A stretch of DNA of 64,000 nucleotides from IMG/VR virus record IMGVR_UViG_2684623050_000001, positions 32,001 to 96,000 of that record. The stretch is one strand, 5' to 3'. Shown here one piece after another: positions 27,602 to 36,658 of this stretch. The notes under the pieces were generated by a model. It saw only the letters and a program-made list of their open reading frames with translations, did not search any database and was not told the DNA's origin. Both the position numbers and the translations under genes were made by a program. Position 1 is the first letter of the stretch. Every line of letters begins with the position of its first letter. This stretch comes from a virus. Lineage: Duplodnaviria; Caudoviricetes.

Positions 27602-28329
27602 ATTTCCATGGGATCTCCGGCGACCCGAGGCGTTCCGTGGATCGTTCCAGGGCCCGCCCCTGGCCGTTCCTAAATTCCGGATCAGGAAGACAGACCGCTG
27701 CCGGTGCCCCTCAAGCGGTCCGGACGAGACCTCGGGGCACCGGTCAGCAGCGTCAGCAACAAGCAGGCACAGAGAGAGCCCAGAGGCAGCTGCGCGTCCG
27801 GCGCGCTGCGCTTGCAGTGATAGAGATACAGCAGCGATCGTGGCGAGGCTACCGGATGCGTGTGGGCGTCCAAGGTGTTCGGGGATCGGTGGACGTAGAG
27901 GGAAACGGGCGCCGCGCGGCCGTGTCTATCTGATCCCTCTCCCAGCTATTCCCCACTCCCCGGCTCTCTATGGGCTCACACACGCTGGCGTCTCTCTAGG
28001 GGCTGTCTCTCCCCTCCCCTACGCGCTCCCCACAGACGCTCTCTCGCTCGTGTCTCTCTGATGCTGATGCGCTCTATTCGTTGGATGCGTCGCTCGCTTC
28101 GCTCAGAGCATCACACAGCGCGTTTCGTTCGTTCTGTGTCTCTCTGACGCTCTCACATGCTTCCCGACGCTCTATGAGCTTCTCATGCGATTTGCCCCTA
28201 AGACGCTCTCGATCGGGTCCATGTCTCTCTAGAGCTGATTGATGGTTTTGGGCTGCGAAATCGGGCTGCTCGGGCTCATGTCCCCTGATGAGACATTTTC
28301 CGCAAAATCGCGTTCGCATTGGATTTTGA

Positions 28330-28458
28330 TGGGACATCCATAGGACATCCAGGTGACATCCATGGGACATCGGTGAGACATTCGCGGCCCTCGCCCGATA
28401 GTTCGCATTGAGGTTCGAGGGGACATGCAGGTGACGTCCATGGGACATCCATGAGACA
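28330..28458. repeat. Two clusters of 11-bp tandem repeats (iteron/centromere-like)
   Basis: TGGGACATCCA-type units at 28330, 28341, 28352, 28363, 28374 and 28419, 28430, 28441, 28452. Confidence 0.85.
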
Positions 28459-28561
28459 GGCCTGGCCTCTCCGGACCGTGGCCTGTGTGAGCCTGGACCA
28501 GGCTTCCATGGACCGGGTGCTCTACGAAGAAGGGGCGCCCGTGGTGCGCCCCTGTGTGGTC

Positions 28562-28915
28562 CTAGTCCTCGCTCTCCTTCCGGAGCTGCTCACGGTCGTC
28601 GAGATCATCCACGATGTCCCAGACCTTCCCCTCCCAGTCGTCGTTGTCGTCGGGGAACTCGTTCTCGCCGAGCCTGCGGAACTCTTCGACATGCGCGTTC
28701 ACGGGATAGTGGAGCTTCCGGAAGGCTCTCTTGAGCTCCAGCAGCTCCTCCTCGGTGGGTGGCGTGTCTCGATCGAAGTCGATGTCCCTGGTGTCGCCTC
28801 CCGAGCCCGAGCCGCCCCGTTCGTAGCCGAAGCGCGCCGCGATCTCCTCGATGTCGCCGTCGCTGCCCTCGCTGCGCTCGTAGGTGACTTCGAGGCTGTA
28901 GTTGATGCTGGTCAT
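28562..28915 (-). CDS. Highly acidic hypothetical protein
   Basis: 117 aa, D/E-rich; own promoter and terminator (28531-28553). Confidence 0.65.
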   Translation of the reverse strand: MTSINYSLEVTYERSEGSDGDIEEIAARFGYERGGSGSGGDTRDIDFDRDTPPTEEELLELKRAFRKLHYPVNAHVEEFRRLGENEFPDDNDDWEGKVWDIVDDLDDREQLRKESED

Positions 28916-28985
28916 GACGCTCTCGCTCTGTCGATAGATGCACTATGCGCGAGAGACGTCGGCATGTCGGTTGGGAGCTCGCGGC

Positions 28986-29408
28986 TCAATACCAATACCA
29001 GTCCGCGGTCTGTGCGGGTCCGGAGAGCGGCGCCGTGGTCACGCTCTTGGTGTAGATGCAGGTCCGCTCGTAGTAGGCGGGTGGCTGGCCCTTGTAGCGC
29101 ACGCAGTCGTAGACGCCGGTCCGCTTCTGCACCGTGACCACGGTCCCCTTGGGGATGACGACGCAGCGGCGCCCGGCCGTGGCTGGGATGGTCGGTCCTT
29201 CCGCGAGCTCGGCGAAGGCACGCCGGCCGCGCGCCTGCTCCAATGGGTTCTTCTTGTCGAGCACCATCAGCATGATGCGGTCAAAATCCGCGACGCTCTG
29301 GCAGGCAGGAAGATCCCGCTTGACCGTGTAGGGGCCAGGAGCCTCGGTCTCGGCATGGGCAGCCGTGGTGAGGAGCAGGGACGCGAGGATGAGGGCATGT
29401 GTCTTCAT
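28986..29408 (-). CDS. Secreted/periplasmic protein
   Basis: Signal peptide MKTHALILASLLLTTAAHA; four Cys. Confidence 0.6.
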   Translation of the reverse strand: MKTHALILASLLLTTAAHAETEAPGPYTVKRDLPACQSVADFDRIMLMVLDKKNPLEQARGRRAFAELAEGPTIPATAGRRCVVIPKGTVVTVQKRTGVYDCVRYKGQPPAYYERTCIYTKSVTTAPLSGPAQTADWYWY

Positions 29409-29441
29409 GCCTTCGCATGTAGCTCGCGATCGTAGGGCCTG

Positions 29442-29972
29442 TCAGGTGGCGTCGGCGCTTTCGGCGCCCTGCTCCTTCAGCATCACCTGAATGCGCTCCC
29501 AGGTGGCCGCGTAGGTCTGTGGCAGCCGGTTCTGGTATTGGTAGTGGGCGGCGCGCTTGTAGAGCGGGTGAGCGCGGATCATGGCGTTCCTAGCCATGCT
29601 CTCGGTCGTTCGCTTCTCGTAGATGCGGGTCGCGCTTGGGTCGGTCTGCGGCTTCACGCGACGGATGGCCGGGTAGTGGACGCCCTTCTCCTGGCGTTCG
29701 ATGTGGAGCGCGCGCCTGGCAGCCGAACGGGCCTCTTTGCGCTGCCATGGCGTCGGCAGATGGCAGACGCGGAGCTCGACCTCTAGGAGCGTTCGCTGGC
29801 GAGCCGAGAGACCGGTGTAGGTGAGCCTCTGCTCGATCTCCTTGCGTCGCGCCTCGATCTGCTCGGGCGTGTCGATGTAGGACGCATCGGCGTGGATGCG
29901 AGCCGCTTCTTCAGGGGTGAGACTGCGTGTGAGCGTGCGGCCGTCGGCGCGCGATTGACGCTTGATGGTCAT
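29442..29972 (-). CDS. Hypothetical basic protein
   Basis: 176-aa ORF. Confidence 0.45.
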   Translation of the reverse strand: MTIKRQSRADGRTLTRSLTPEEAARIHADASYIDTPEQIEARRKEIEQRLTYTGLSARQRTLLEVELRVCHLPTPWQRKEARSAARRALHIERQEKGVHYPAIRRVKPQTDPSATRIYEKRTTESMARNAMIRAHPLYKRAAHYQYQNRLPQTYAATWERIQVMLKEQGAESADAT

Positions 29973-30030
29973 GGCTGGTTCGCGGTATAGGGTCCGAATC
30001 CCTACATCGCGAACCAGCGCGCAGGCGAAA

Positions 30031-30306
30031 TCAGTGCTTGAGACCGCCCAGACCGCGGGCGTGGTCGATCACCTGGTCGACGACGTAGGGGACGTGGCGC
30101 GCGTTCAGGGTGAGCAGGCGCTGGGCCTTGCGCAGCTTCTCCAGCCGGTCCTGGGGCTGCTGGAAGAAGGTCGAGGGCTCGTTGTCCAGGATCTCCTGGG
30201 CCGCGGCCTCGGCTAGGTCCGCGACCAGTTGCAGCGGGTCCAGCTCGTTCTGCGGCCGCAGGCCCTGATTGATGCCGAGCTCCTTGAGGATCTCCTCGCC
30301 TTTCAT
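30031..30306 (-). CDS. Hypothetical protein
   Basis: MKGEEILKE..., SD AAGGA. Confidence 0.5.
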   Translation of the reverse strand: MKGEEILKELGINQGLRPQNELDPLQLVADLAEAAAQEILDNEPSTFFQQPQDRLEKLRKAQRLLTLNARHVPYVVDQVIDHARGLGGLKH

Positions 30307-30374
30307 CACGGTGTTCCTTCTCGTCGTCGTCTCGTGGACGTCGCTGTCGAGAGTGAGGTAGCGGCCCGATGCCA

Positions 30375-30788
30375 TCAACCCCTCCCCTTCAGCGCCTTGG
30401 CCTTCCGGCGCGCATGACGGTTGCCGGTCTGGGTTAAGGGGCGATTGAAGTTCAGGTAGTCGTCCACGATCGTTTGGGTCATCATGGTCTTCCCCTGCCG
30501 GCGCCCGTGCTCCAACGTGAGCTTCTCGATCTGCATGCGGGTGTTGGCGTCGACCCGGTAGGCGTTCGAGGCGATGTCGTGGGCCACCTGGTCCAGGTGG
30601 GCGCGGATCTCGACGGCGATGGTCTGGTCCTCGCACTTGATGTCGACGCCAACGCCGGCGCCGCGCATCAGCAGGAAGCGCACATGCTCCTCGGCCTGGG
30701 CCTTCACCCGCTCGATCTCGTCGCCGACGACCGTGATGTCGGTGTGGCCGTCGAGGATGCGGACGGTGATGTCGGGGCGCTCAGTCAT
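30375..30788 (-). CDS. Hypothetical protein
   Basis: 137 aa, coupled operon. Confidence 0.55.
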   Translation of the reverse strand: MTERPDITVRILDGHTDITVVGDEIERVKAQAEEHVRFLLMRGAGVGVDIKCEDQTIAVEIRAHLDQVAHDIASNAYRVDANTRMQIEKLTLEHGRRQGKTMMTQTIVDDYLNFNRPLTQTGNRHARRKAKALKGRG

Positions 30789-31059
30789 TGGGCATGCGTC
30801 CTTGGCTGCGCAGCACCCATTCGATCTGGAGCTCGTTGCGCAGGCGGGTGAGGTAGGCGAACACGCGGGCGTAGGTCCGCGCCCCGCCGCGGGTCTTGAC
30901 GTGGACGTGGACGTTGCGGATGCCCTTGGCGAAGAGATCCATCAGGGCCTTCTCCGCGGTGATGACCGCGGTCCGCTCGGCGCCGGAGACCTTCAGGGCG
31001 CCGTTGGGTGTGGTGAGGACGACGTAGACGTCCTCGGGGAGCGCGAGGTCGCGGCTCAT
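30781..31059 (-). CDS. Hypothetical protein
   Basis: 92 aa, coupled operon. Confidence 0.5.
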   Translation of the reverse strand: MSRDLALPEDVYVVLTTPNGALKVSGAERTAVITAEKALMDLFAKGIRNVHVHVKTRGGARTYARVFAYLTRLRNELQIEWVLRSQGRMPND

Positions 31060-31382
31060 CGGGATGCCTCGGCGATGAACTCGCAGATCGCCCGTGCGGG
31101 ATTCGGCAGCTCGGGCTGCATCAGAGCCTCGCGGGCCTGCTCCATCGCCGCATCGAACTCGGCGATTACATCCTCGGGGATGATGTCGTCGAACGCCTCG
31201 GCAACATCGAGCAGCGTCTGGAGCGTGCGCAGGTCGATGGTCACGGTGCCCGGCATGAGGCGCACGTAGTCGCTGCCGTCGAGACGCTGGATCGTCTGAG
31301 CGATCTGACCGCCCGGAGCATCAGTCTGCTCGATGATGCGCTCGCCCGGCAGCATGCGGGTGATGGTGTCTTGGTTCTGCAT
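31056..31382 (-). CDS. Hypothetical protein
   Basis: MQNQDTITRM..., downstream of promoter 31416-31444. Confidence 0.55.
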   Translation of the reverse strand: MQNQDTITRMLPGERIIEQTDAPGGQIAQTIQRLDGSDYVRLMPGTVTIDLRTLQTLLDVAEAFDDIIPEDVIAEFDAAMEQAREALMQPELPNPARAICEFIAEASR

Positions 31383-31453
31383 GTCTCTGCTCGCTGTGTG
31401 CTCTGCGATGATTTGACTATCGCAGAGCAAATTCGGCATGTCGGCTGGAACGA

Positions 31454-32044
31454 CTAGGCGGCGTTCGTGCGGTAGTCTTTGACGACTTCCACGACGACGC
31501 TGGATTCTGGGGCGCTCGCGGCGATCGTGACGGTCGTCAGGCCCCAGGCGGTGCTGTCCATCGACATCCAGCTGTTCTGCTCGGCAGTCTTGTTGGGGCT
31601 GAACTCGCTGTGGACATGCACGGCGTTGTTCGGCTCGGCGAGGAATGCAGCGGCGATACGCTCGGCTTCCTCGGAGATCTGGGCGCGCAGGGTCGGCTCG
31701 GCGCAGGCGGCGTCTCGCATCTGCTCCTCGCAGTCGAAGACGATCTTCATGGACGCACGGAACTGCTCTACGGCTTCGGCAGCGGTCTCGAACACGAGGA
31801 CTGCGGTGATGTCCGGGCCGCAATCGGTGTAGGCGAACAGGGTCTTGCCCTGGCTCGCGGCGATCAGCGCGTGCGAGTGCTTGTCGGTCTCGTATTCGTA
31901 GTGGGTGTCCGGCAGGTCGGCATCGTCTGGCGCTGTGTCGCAGGTCAGGACCGGGCCGTTGTTGCTCTCGATCAGCGTCACGACGACGTGATCGTAGTCG
32001 ATGGTCGAGGCGTCGCTGTGGCTGGTGATGTGTTGGATGGTCAT
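31454..32044 (-). CDS. Acidic hypothetical protein
   Basis: 196 aa, GG-free leader. Confidence 0.6.
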   Translation of the reverse strand: MTIQHITSHSDASTIDYDHVVVTLIESNNGPVLTCDTAPDDADLPDTHYEYETDKHSHALIAASQGKTLFAYTDCGPDITAVLVFETAAEAVEQFRASMKIVFDCEEQMRDAACAEPTLRAQISEEAERIAAAFLAEPNNAVHVHSEFSPNKTAEQNSWMSMDSTAWGLTTVTIAASAPESSVVVEVVKDYRTNAA

Positions 32045-32115
32045 CGCGTGCTCTCGCTAAGTCGTTGCTGACATTGCGTTTATAGCAATGTCAGCGCTGT
32101 CTGTGCGCGGGGTCT

Positions 32116-32553
32116 CTAGGCGGCGAGACGGTTCTCGTCGTGCCACTCGCGCTGCGCGACGCCGAGGTAGAGAACGGCCTTCCGGCAGAGCGGCGAGGCC
32201 GCCTGGCAGCTCCGGACGTGGCGCGCGGCGTCGTCGTCGGAGAGGAAGATCGGCAGGTCGTCCCAGCGCTGAATGATCGGGCCACTCTCCATTGTCTCGA
32301 ACACGCCCCAGCCGCGCGCCAGCGCCGTCTCCTGGTCCTCGTTGGTCCAGGTGGGCATCACGTCGTCGATGGGCGTGTCGCCGATCCGCAGCGTGCCGGG
32401 GACCACGCAGTCGGCAGGGTTGCCGCTCTCGATCAGCGGTAGGACCACGGCGACCGCTCGGCTGGCCGGCGCTGGGGAAGTCGCGCCGTTCCTAAACGGG
32501 TCGCTGACCTGACCCTCGTAGTCGCGATCGTCCTCGAACGGAGAGATGCTCAT
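32116..32553 (-). CDS. Hypothetical protein
   Basis: 145 aa; palindrome directly upstream. Confidence 0.55.
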   Translation of the reverse strand: MSISPFEDDRDYEGQVSDPFRNGATSPAPASRAVAVVLPLIESGNPADCVVPGTLRIGDTPIDDVMPTWTNEDQETALARGWGVFETMESGPIIQRWDDLPIFLSDDDAARHVRSCQAASPLCRKAVLYLGVAQREWHDENRLAA

Positions 32554-32649
32554 CTTAAGTCACCCGTGACTTACTTGTTTCGACAAAACTATATTTACGA
32601 TTACTTGTCGGTTAGTCGGGTGGGGCTGTGTGGCCCCACCCTGGCGATG

Positions 32650-34266
32650 CTAGTCCCAGCGGTCGATCCGGTGGATGGACGAGCCGACGTTCGTCGTCAC
32701 CCGGATCAGCGGCGACGGATGATTGTCGCCCACCCGCACGCCGTTGGCGCTCTGGTCGTCCTGGTTCTCCAGCGAGCCGTCATTGGAGAACGCCTCGATC
32801 GTCGAGCGGATCTCGTGCAGGTCCCCGTGCAGGCACGAGGGGAACAGGGCGAGGCCGGAGCTCTTGGAATCGACCGCGCCGCGCAGCAGGAAGATCGCGG
32901 TCTTGCTATACTGCGGGTAGGCGTCCTCGCCCGCATACATGGGCGGCAGCAGGCTGATCCCCGGAACCTCGACCCAGGCGCCGACCGGCAGATTCCAGAA
33001 CTCGGTGGCCTTGCCCCGCGGGTAGACATACCAGGCGATCGGGTTGCGGGCCTCCTCGCGGTCCCAGAGCAGGATGGGCGGACTGTCGGGCTCGACGGCC
33101 GCGGTCAGCCCGATCATCTTCATCATGGTCGCCGTGAGGACCTCGATCTTGAGGGCGTCGGGCAGCACGGTCCGGGCGAACTTCGACCAAGTGATCGGCG
33201 CCGGCGCGCGGGCGACCACATCGAGCGAGGCCATGCGCTGCGTGCCCTTGGCCTTGAGATGCCCGAACACGCCGCCCGCGGCCGGCGCCACCCGCACGGC
33301 CTTCGGCTGCCAGAGCAGCGTCAGATCCTCGATCCGGGCGTGACGCCGCTTGAGCGAGGGAGCCAGGCCGAGCCGCTCGATCTTCTTCTCCGCGACCGCG
33401 ATGTTGCCGGTCGTCGGCGCCACCTGGGCGCGCTGGTAGCGCAGCGGGGCGACCTTGGCGCCGAACTCCCGCTTGAGCTGCTCCACGTCCTTGCCGATCT
33501 TGAGGGCATCGAGCAGCGTGCCGAGCATCGTCGAGCGCGGCTTCGCCCAGCCGGCCGGGGCCATCGCGACCGCCTTCCAGACCACGTTGTTCGCTGCCGC
33601 GCCGCGCTTGCCCGCACGGGTCGAGTGGAGCTCGTGCAGGAACTGGGCGGCGTCCACGAACTTCTCGGACGAGGCGAGCACGTCGGCCTTCAGGAGATTG
33701 AGCGCCTGGGCCACGACGTCGGCCTTGTAGTCGATCAGCCCGTGCGAGAGCGTGCCGTAGTCCTGGCGCTTCTCGGCCATCGCCTCGAACGCCGACTTCG
33801 CCCGGTCCATGAAGACCTGCTCGCGATGCGGCTGGATGGCGAAGTGGGTGAATCCGCCCGCTTCCGGCGTGCCCCACATGCGCTCCTTGGACAGGAACAC
33901 GCCCGTCACCCGCGCCTCGCGGACCAGGACCCGCATGTGATCAACCGCGGCGAGATAGGTCTCGGGGGCCTGCTGGCTGCCCCAGATCGCCGGGAACTGC
34001 CGGCCGTCGTCGGCGATATAGACCAGCCCGCCGAAGTTGCGGATGAAGGTCTTGCAGCAGTTGCAGGTGTGATACTGCCGCTGCCCGGCCGGCACCTTGG
34101 ACAGGTAGGTCTCGTAGAGCGCGTCCGTGTCGACGTCGGTCGTGAACAGGTGCCGCCCGTGCTCCGTGAAGCCGGCGAGGAAATGCTTCTGGAGCGCTCG
34201 GACCATCGGGTCGAAGTCTTCGCCCGTGATGTGCGTGTGATGCTCGTCGGTTCCCGTGATCGTCAT
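32650..34266 (-). CDS. Phage protein with HTCNCC metal-binding motif (538 aa)
   Basis: RQYHTCNCCKTFIRNFGGLV; WTHF-like FTHF, YQR, LHEIRSTIEAFS motifs. Confidence 0.7.
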   Translation of the reverse strand: MTITGTDEHHTHITGEDFDPMVRALQKHFLAGFTEHGRHLFTTDVDTDALYETYLSKVPAGQRQYHTCNCCKTFIRNFGGLVYIADDGRQFPAIWGSQQAPETYLAAVDHMRVLVREARVTGVFLSKERMWGTPEAGGFTHFAIQPHREQVFMDRAKSAFEAMAEKRQDYGTLSHGLIDYKADVVAQALNLLKADVLASSEKFVDAAQFLHELHSTRAGKRGAAANNVVWKAVAMAPAGWAKPRSTMLGTLLDALKIGKDVEQLKREFGAKVAPLRYQRAQVAPTTGNIAVAEKKIERLGLAPSLKRRHARIEDLTLLWQPKAVRVAPAAGGVFGHLKAKGTQRMASLDVVARAPAPITWSKFARTVLPDALKIEVLTATMMKMIGLTAAVEPDSPPILLWDREEARNPIAWYVYPRGKATEFWNLPVGAWVEVPGISLLPPMYAGEDAYPQYSKTAIFLLRGAVDSKSSGLALFPSCLHGDLHEIRSTIEAFSNDGSLENQDDQSANGVRVGDNHPSPLIRVTTNVGSSIHRIDRWD

Positions 34267-34514
34267 GTGTAAGTCACCTGTGACTGACTGTTGTTGACAA
34301 GATTATATTGACGAAATCGCGTCGGCTTATCTTCTGGAAGCTTTCGGGCGACGACGGCGAGATCTGTCGCGCTGGGTCCAATCCTTGTCCCGGACCCAGT
34401 GCTTGCGCGGCCGGGCGCCGACGAAGATCGGCAGGTAGAGCGGCTCGATCGGGTTGACCAGGCGGATCACGTTGCGGAAGCTGCGAGCCCAGCCCGCCCG
34501 GTTGCGGTCGAGGC

Positions 34515-34823
34515 TCATCTGGGGAAGGGCGGCTTGTCGTTCGGGTCCGTGACCTCGACGCAGATCACCTTGCCCTCGTCGCGCTGGGACCAGCGGTTGA
34601 TCTCCCGAGCGCACGTCCCGCAGTAGTAGGCGCGGGTCGACGTGTTGAACCAGTTCTCGCCCTTGATGACCCGCTGGCATCGGGTGACGTTGCAGTTGCC
34701 GTCGAAGATGCCCTTGAGGATCGCCTTCTCGCGAGCCTCGGCGCCCTCACGAATCATGCTGACGGCCGCGGGCGGCAGCGGGTTGCGCAGACGGCGCTGC
34801 AGGTTCTTGGCGTAAGCGCCCAT
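34515..34823 (-). CDS. Zn-finger hypothetical protein
   Basis: CNVTRC...YYCGTCAREIN. Confidence 0.55.
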   Translation of the reverse strand: MGAYAKNLQRRLRNPLPPAAVSMIREGAEAREKAILKGIFDGNCNVTRCQRVIKGENWFNTSTRAYYCGTCAREINRWSQRDEGKVICVEVTDPNDKPPFPR

Positions 34824-35068
34824 CAGTCCCTCTCGTGTGGCTGGAGTTCGTCGTAGAGGTCGCACCAGTCCTGCCCGTTGGGGCCACGGGTGCCGCGGGT
34901 GTTCTGCATGACCTCGCTCTGATGCAGCGCGAGATCAGCGACGCTGCGAAAGCGGCGCGCGTGACGCCGATCCCGATCGTGAATGACATGCGCTGCGGCG
35001 AAGGTGATGACGGCGCCGGCCAGGGCGCCGAGCACGCCGCCGAGGGTGAGCCAGTAGGTCTCCATCAC
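34823..35068 (-). CDS. Small membrane protein
   Basis: N-terminal hydrophobic helix. Confidence 0.5.
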   Translation of the reverse strand: MMETYWLTLGGVLGALAGAVITFAAAHVIHDRDRRHARRFRSVADLALHQSEVMQNTRGTRGPNGQDWCDLYDELQPHERD

Positions 35069-35271
35069 TCGTCCTCGAACAGATCGGCATCGGTCACGAG
35101 GCAGTCGGTGCCGCTGCCGATCGCGAAGAGGCCGTCGGACGCCTCCTTCAGCAGGTGGCGCTTGCGCGCGTCGGGCTCGGTCGCGACCATCTTCGCGATG
35201 GTGTCGCCCGCGAGGGTCGCCGCTTCCGCCGCAATGACGGCGAGCGAGGGCGTGTAGTAGGAGCGGCTCAT
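35065..35271 (-). CDS. Hypothetical protein
   Basis: MSRSYYTPSL..., coupled. Confidence 0.45.
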   Translation of the reverse strand: MSRSYYTPSLAVIAAEAATLAGDTIAKMVATEPDARKRHLLKEASDGLFAIGSGTDCLVTDADLFEDE

Positions 35272-35717
35272 TGATGCGCGTCCTTCTCGTCGATGAAGCG
35301 GCAGATCTCTTTGCGAGCGGCCTCGCACATGGTCTCTTCGAGATCCGAGCGGTCGAACCAGTCTTCGATCTCCTCCTTGGAGGGCTGATTGTCCCAGCCG
35401 TCCGTCATGGTCGCGATCTCTTCCACGTCGTAGATCGCGACCGCAGCCCCGCGCCGGCGCATCTCCTCCAGGCATCGCGTGAGCTGGATGTCGGTGAGCT
35501 TGCTGGCATCGAAGGGCTCGGCGAGGATCTCCCAGCGGTCCACGCCGATCACAAGGATCAGCGAGCGGCCGGTGTCCCACTTCACGCCGATCTGCCGGAC
35601 GGTCTCATTGACGAAGGAGACGATGCCCTCGGTGCCGGCCGGGATCGGGCACGGGTCGTTCGGCATCTCGATCAGGCGAATGCGGTCGCCGATCTTGGGG
35701 AGCGATTGCTCAGTCAT
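35268..35717 (-). CDS. DUF4314 domain protein
   Basis: GDRIRLIEMPNDPCPIPAGTEGIV...VKWDTGRSLILVIGVD. Confidence 0.8.
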   Translation of the reverse strand: MTEQSLPKIGDRIRLIEMPNDPCPIPAGTEGIVSFVNETVRQIGVKWDTGRSLILVIGVDRWEILAEPFDASKLTDIQLTRCLEEMRRRGAAVAIYDVEEIATMTDGWDNQPSKEEIEDWFDRSDLEETMCEAARKEICRFIDEKDAHQ

Positions 35718-35899
35718 TCGTGACTTACCCTCTTGCGTGTCGATTTCTGATGCTCTGACAATACGTTAGAGCAGTCGGCAACGCTTGCGGTGTGTGCTGG
35801 TAAGTCAGCTCTGACTGATTCGAGGCGCATGCGCAAGTGGCAAGAAAGTCACTGGTGACTGACTGCCCCTTGAAATCGCCCATGGATGCGCGATTATTT

Positions 35900-36210
35900 G
35901 GGAGTGGACCGGACGGTGAACCGCCCGGCCCTTCTAGCGAGTGGCTACCCGAGCTTGCAGCGGAGGATCAGGGACCAGCTGGTCCTCCGCACTCGTTTCC
36001 ACTTCACCAGAATGCTGATGCGTGGCTTGAACCACATCATCGGCTACTCCTTTTCGTGACCGAGCGATGCCGTCGCCCGCAGGCACCCAGCGGCTCACTG
36101 GGCACGGGGCGTCTGGTCGCCCTGGCGTTCTCGCTCGATCACAAGCTCACTCTCGCACGCGTGCGCGAGGCTCTCAACTGGAGCCATGCGGCGGCACGCT
36201 GCCATGGGTG
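35900..36210. ncRNA. Candidate structured non-coding RNA
   Basis: Nested helices (GAGTGGA/TCCACTT, CGAGTG/CACTCG, GCGGAGGATCAG/CTGGTCCTCCGC, GTGACCGAGCGA/TCGCTCGATCAC); atypical codon usage. Confidence 0.5.
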
Positions 36211-36224
36211 ACGCCTGAAACGAG

Positions 36225-36246
36225 AAAAGGGGCCCGAAGGCCCCTT
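36225..36246 (-). terminator. Intrinsic terminator
   Basis: AAGGGGCC-CGAA-GGCCCCTT with T-run on the minus strand. Confidence 0.7.
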
Positions 36247-36248
36247 CC

Positions 36249-36428
36249 CTACTCCTCGAACACCATCACGCGCCCTTCAGACCCAGCCAGCCGGAGAGCC
36301 AGGCGCTCGGCCTTCTTCCGTGTTCGCTTGTGGGCGACGACAGCGGGCACCATGAACGCTCGCCCGTTCGAGTGCTCCACCGTCACCGTCCAGCCCCGCT
36401 GGGTCTTCAGGATGCCGTAGAAGGTCAT
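36249..36428 (-). CDS. Small hypothetical protein (59 aa, not in ORF track)
   Basis: MTFYGILKTQRGWTVTVEHSNG...; ATGA coupling. Confidence 0.5.
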   Translation of the reverse strand: MTFYGILKTQRGWTVTVEHSNGRAFMVPAVVAHKRTRKKAERLALRLAGSEGRVMVFEE

Positions 36429-36658
36429 GACTCGATCCGCTCGATGGTCTTGGCGACGTTCTCGGGGTCGGCGGCGATGAGCGCGGCCTTAATCGCGCGC
36501 ATCATGATGGCCTGGTCGTCGGGGCTGTATTCCTCCAGGGGACGAACGGGGCATTCGCCCCGCTCGCTCCCGTAGCGACGCATCCAGAGGCGCCGCAGGG
36601 TCAGCATCCAGGCTCTCGTGGCAAAGAGAACCTGATCCGACGTGGGCTCGACGGCCAT
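36425..36658 (-). CDS. Hypothetical protein
   Basis: 77 aa, coupled. Confidence 0.5.
   Translation of the reverse strand: MAVEPTSDQVLFATRAWMLTLRRLWMRRYGSERGECPVRPLEEYSPDDQAIMMRAIKAALIAADPENVAKTIERIES

Larger units (their letters stand above)
25382..27687. repeat. Three dispersed ~38-bp repeats (25382-25417, 26249-26289, 27647-27687)
   Basis: GCCCGCCCC(A/T)(A/G)GCCGTTCCTAA(T/A)T(T/C)CC(G/A)GA(A/T)C(C/A)GGA. Confidence 0.85.

Noticed and set aside
28330-28458. Possible CRISPR array
   Set aside because: 11-bp abutting units with no unique spacers; no cas genes in the window.
28074-28509. ORFs over the 11-bp repeats (124, 70 and 77 aa)
   Set aside because: Translations merely reflect the DNA repeats; atypical codon usage.
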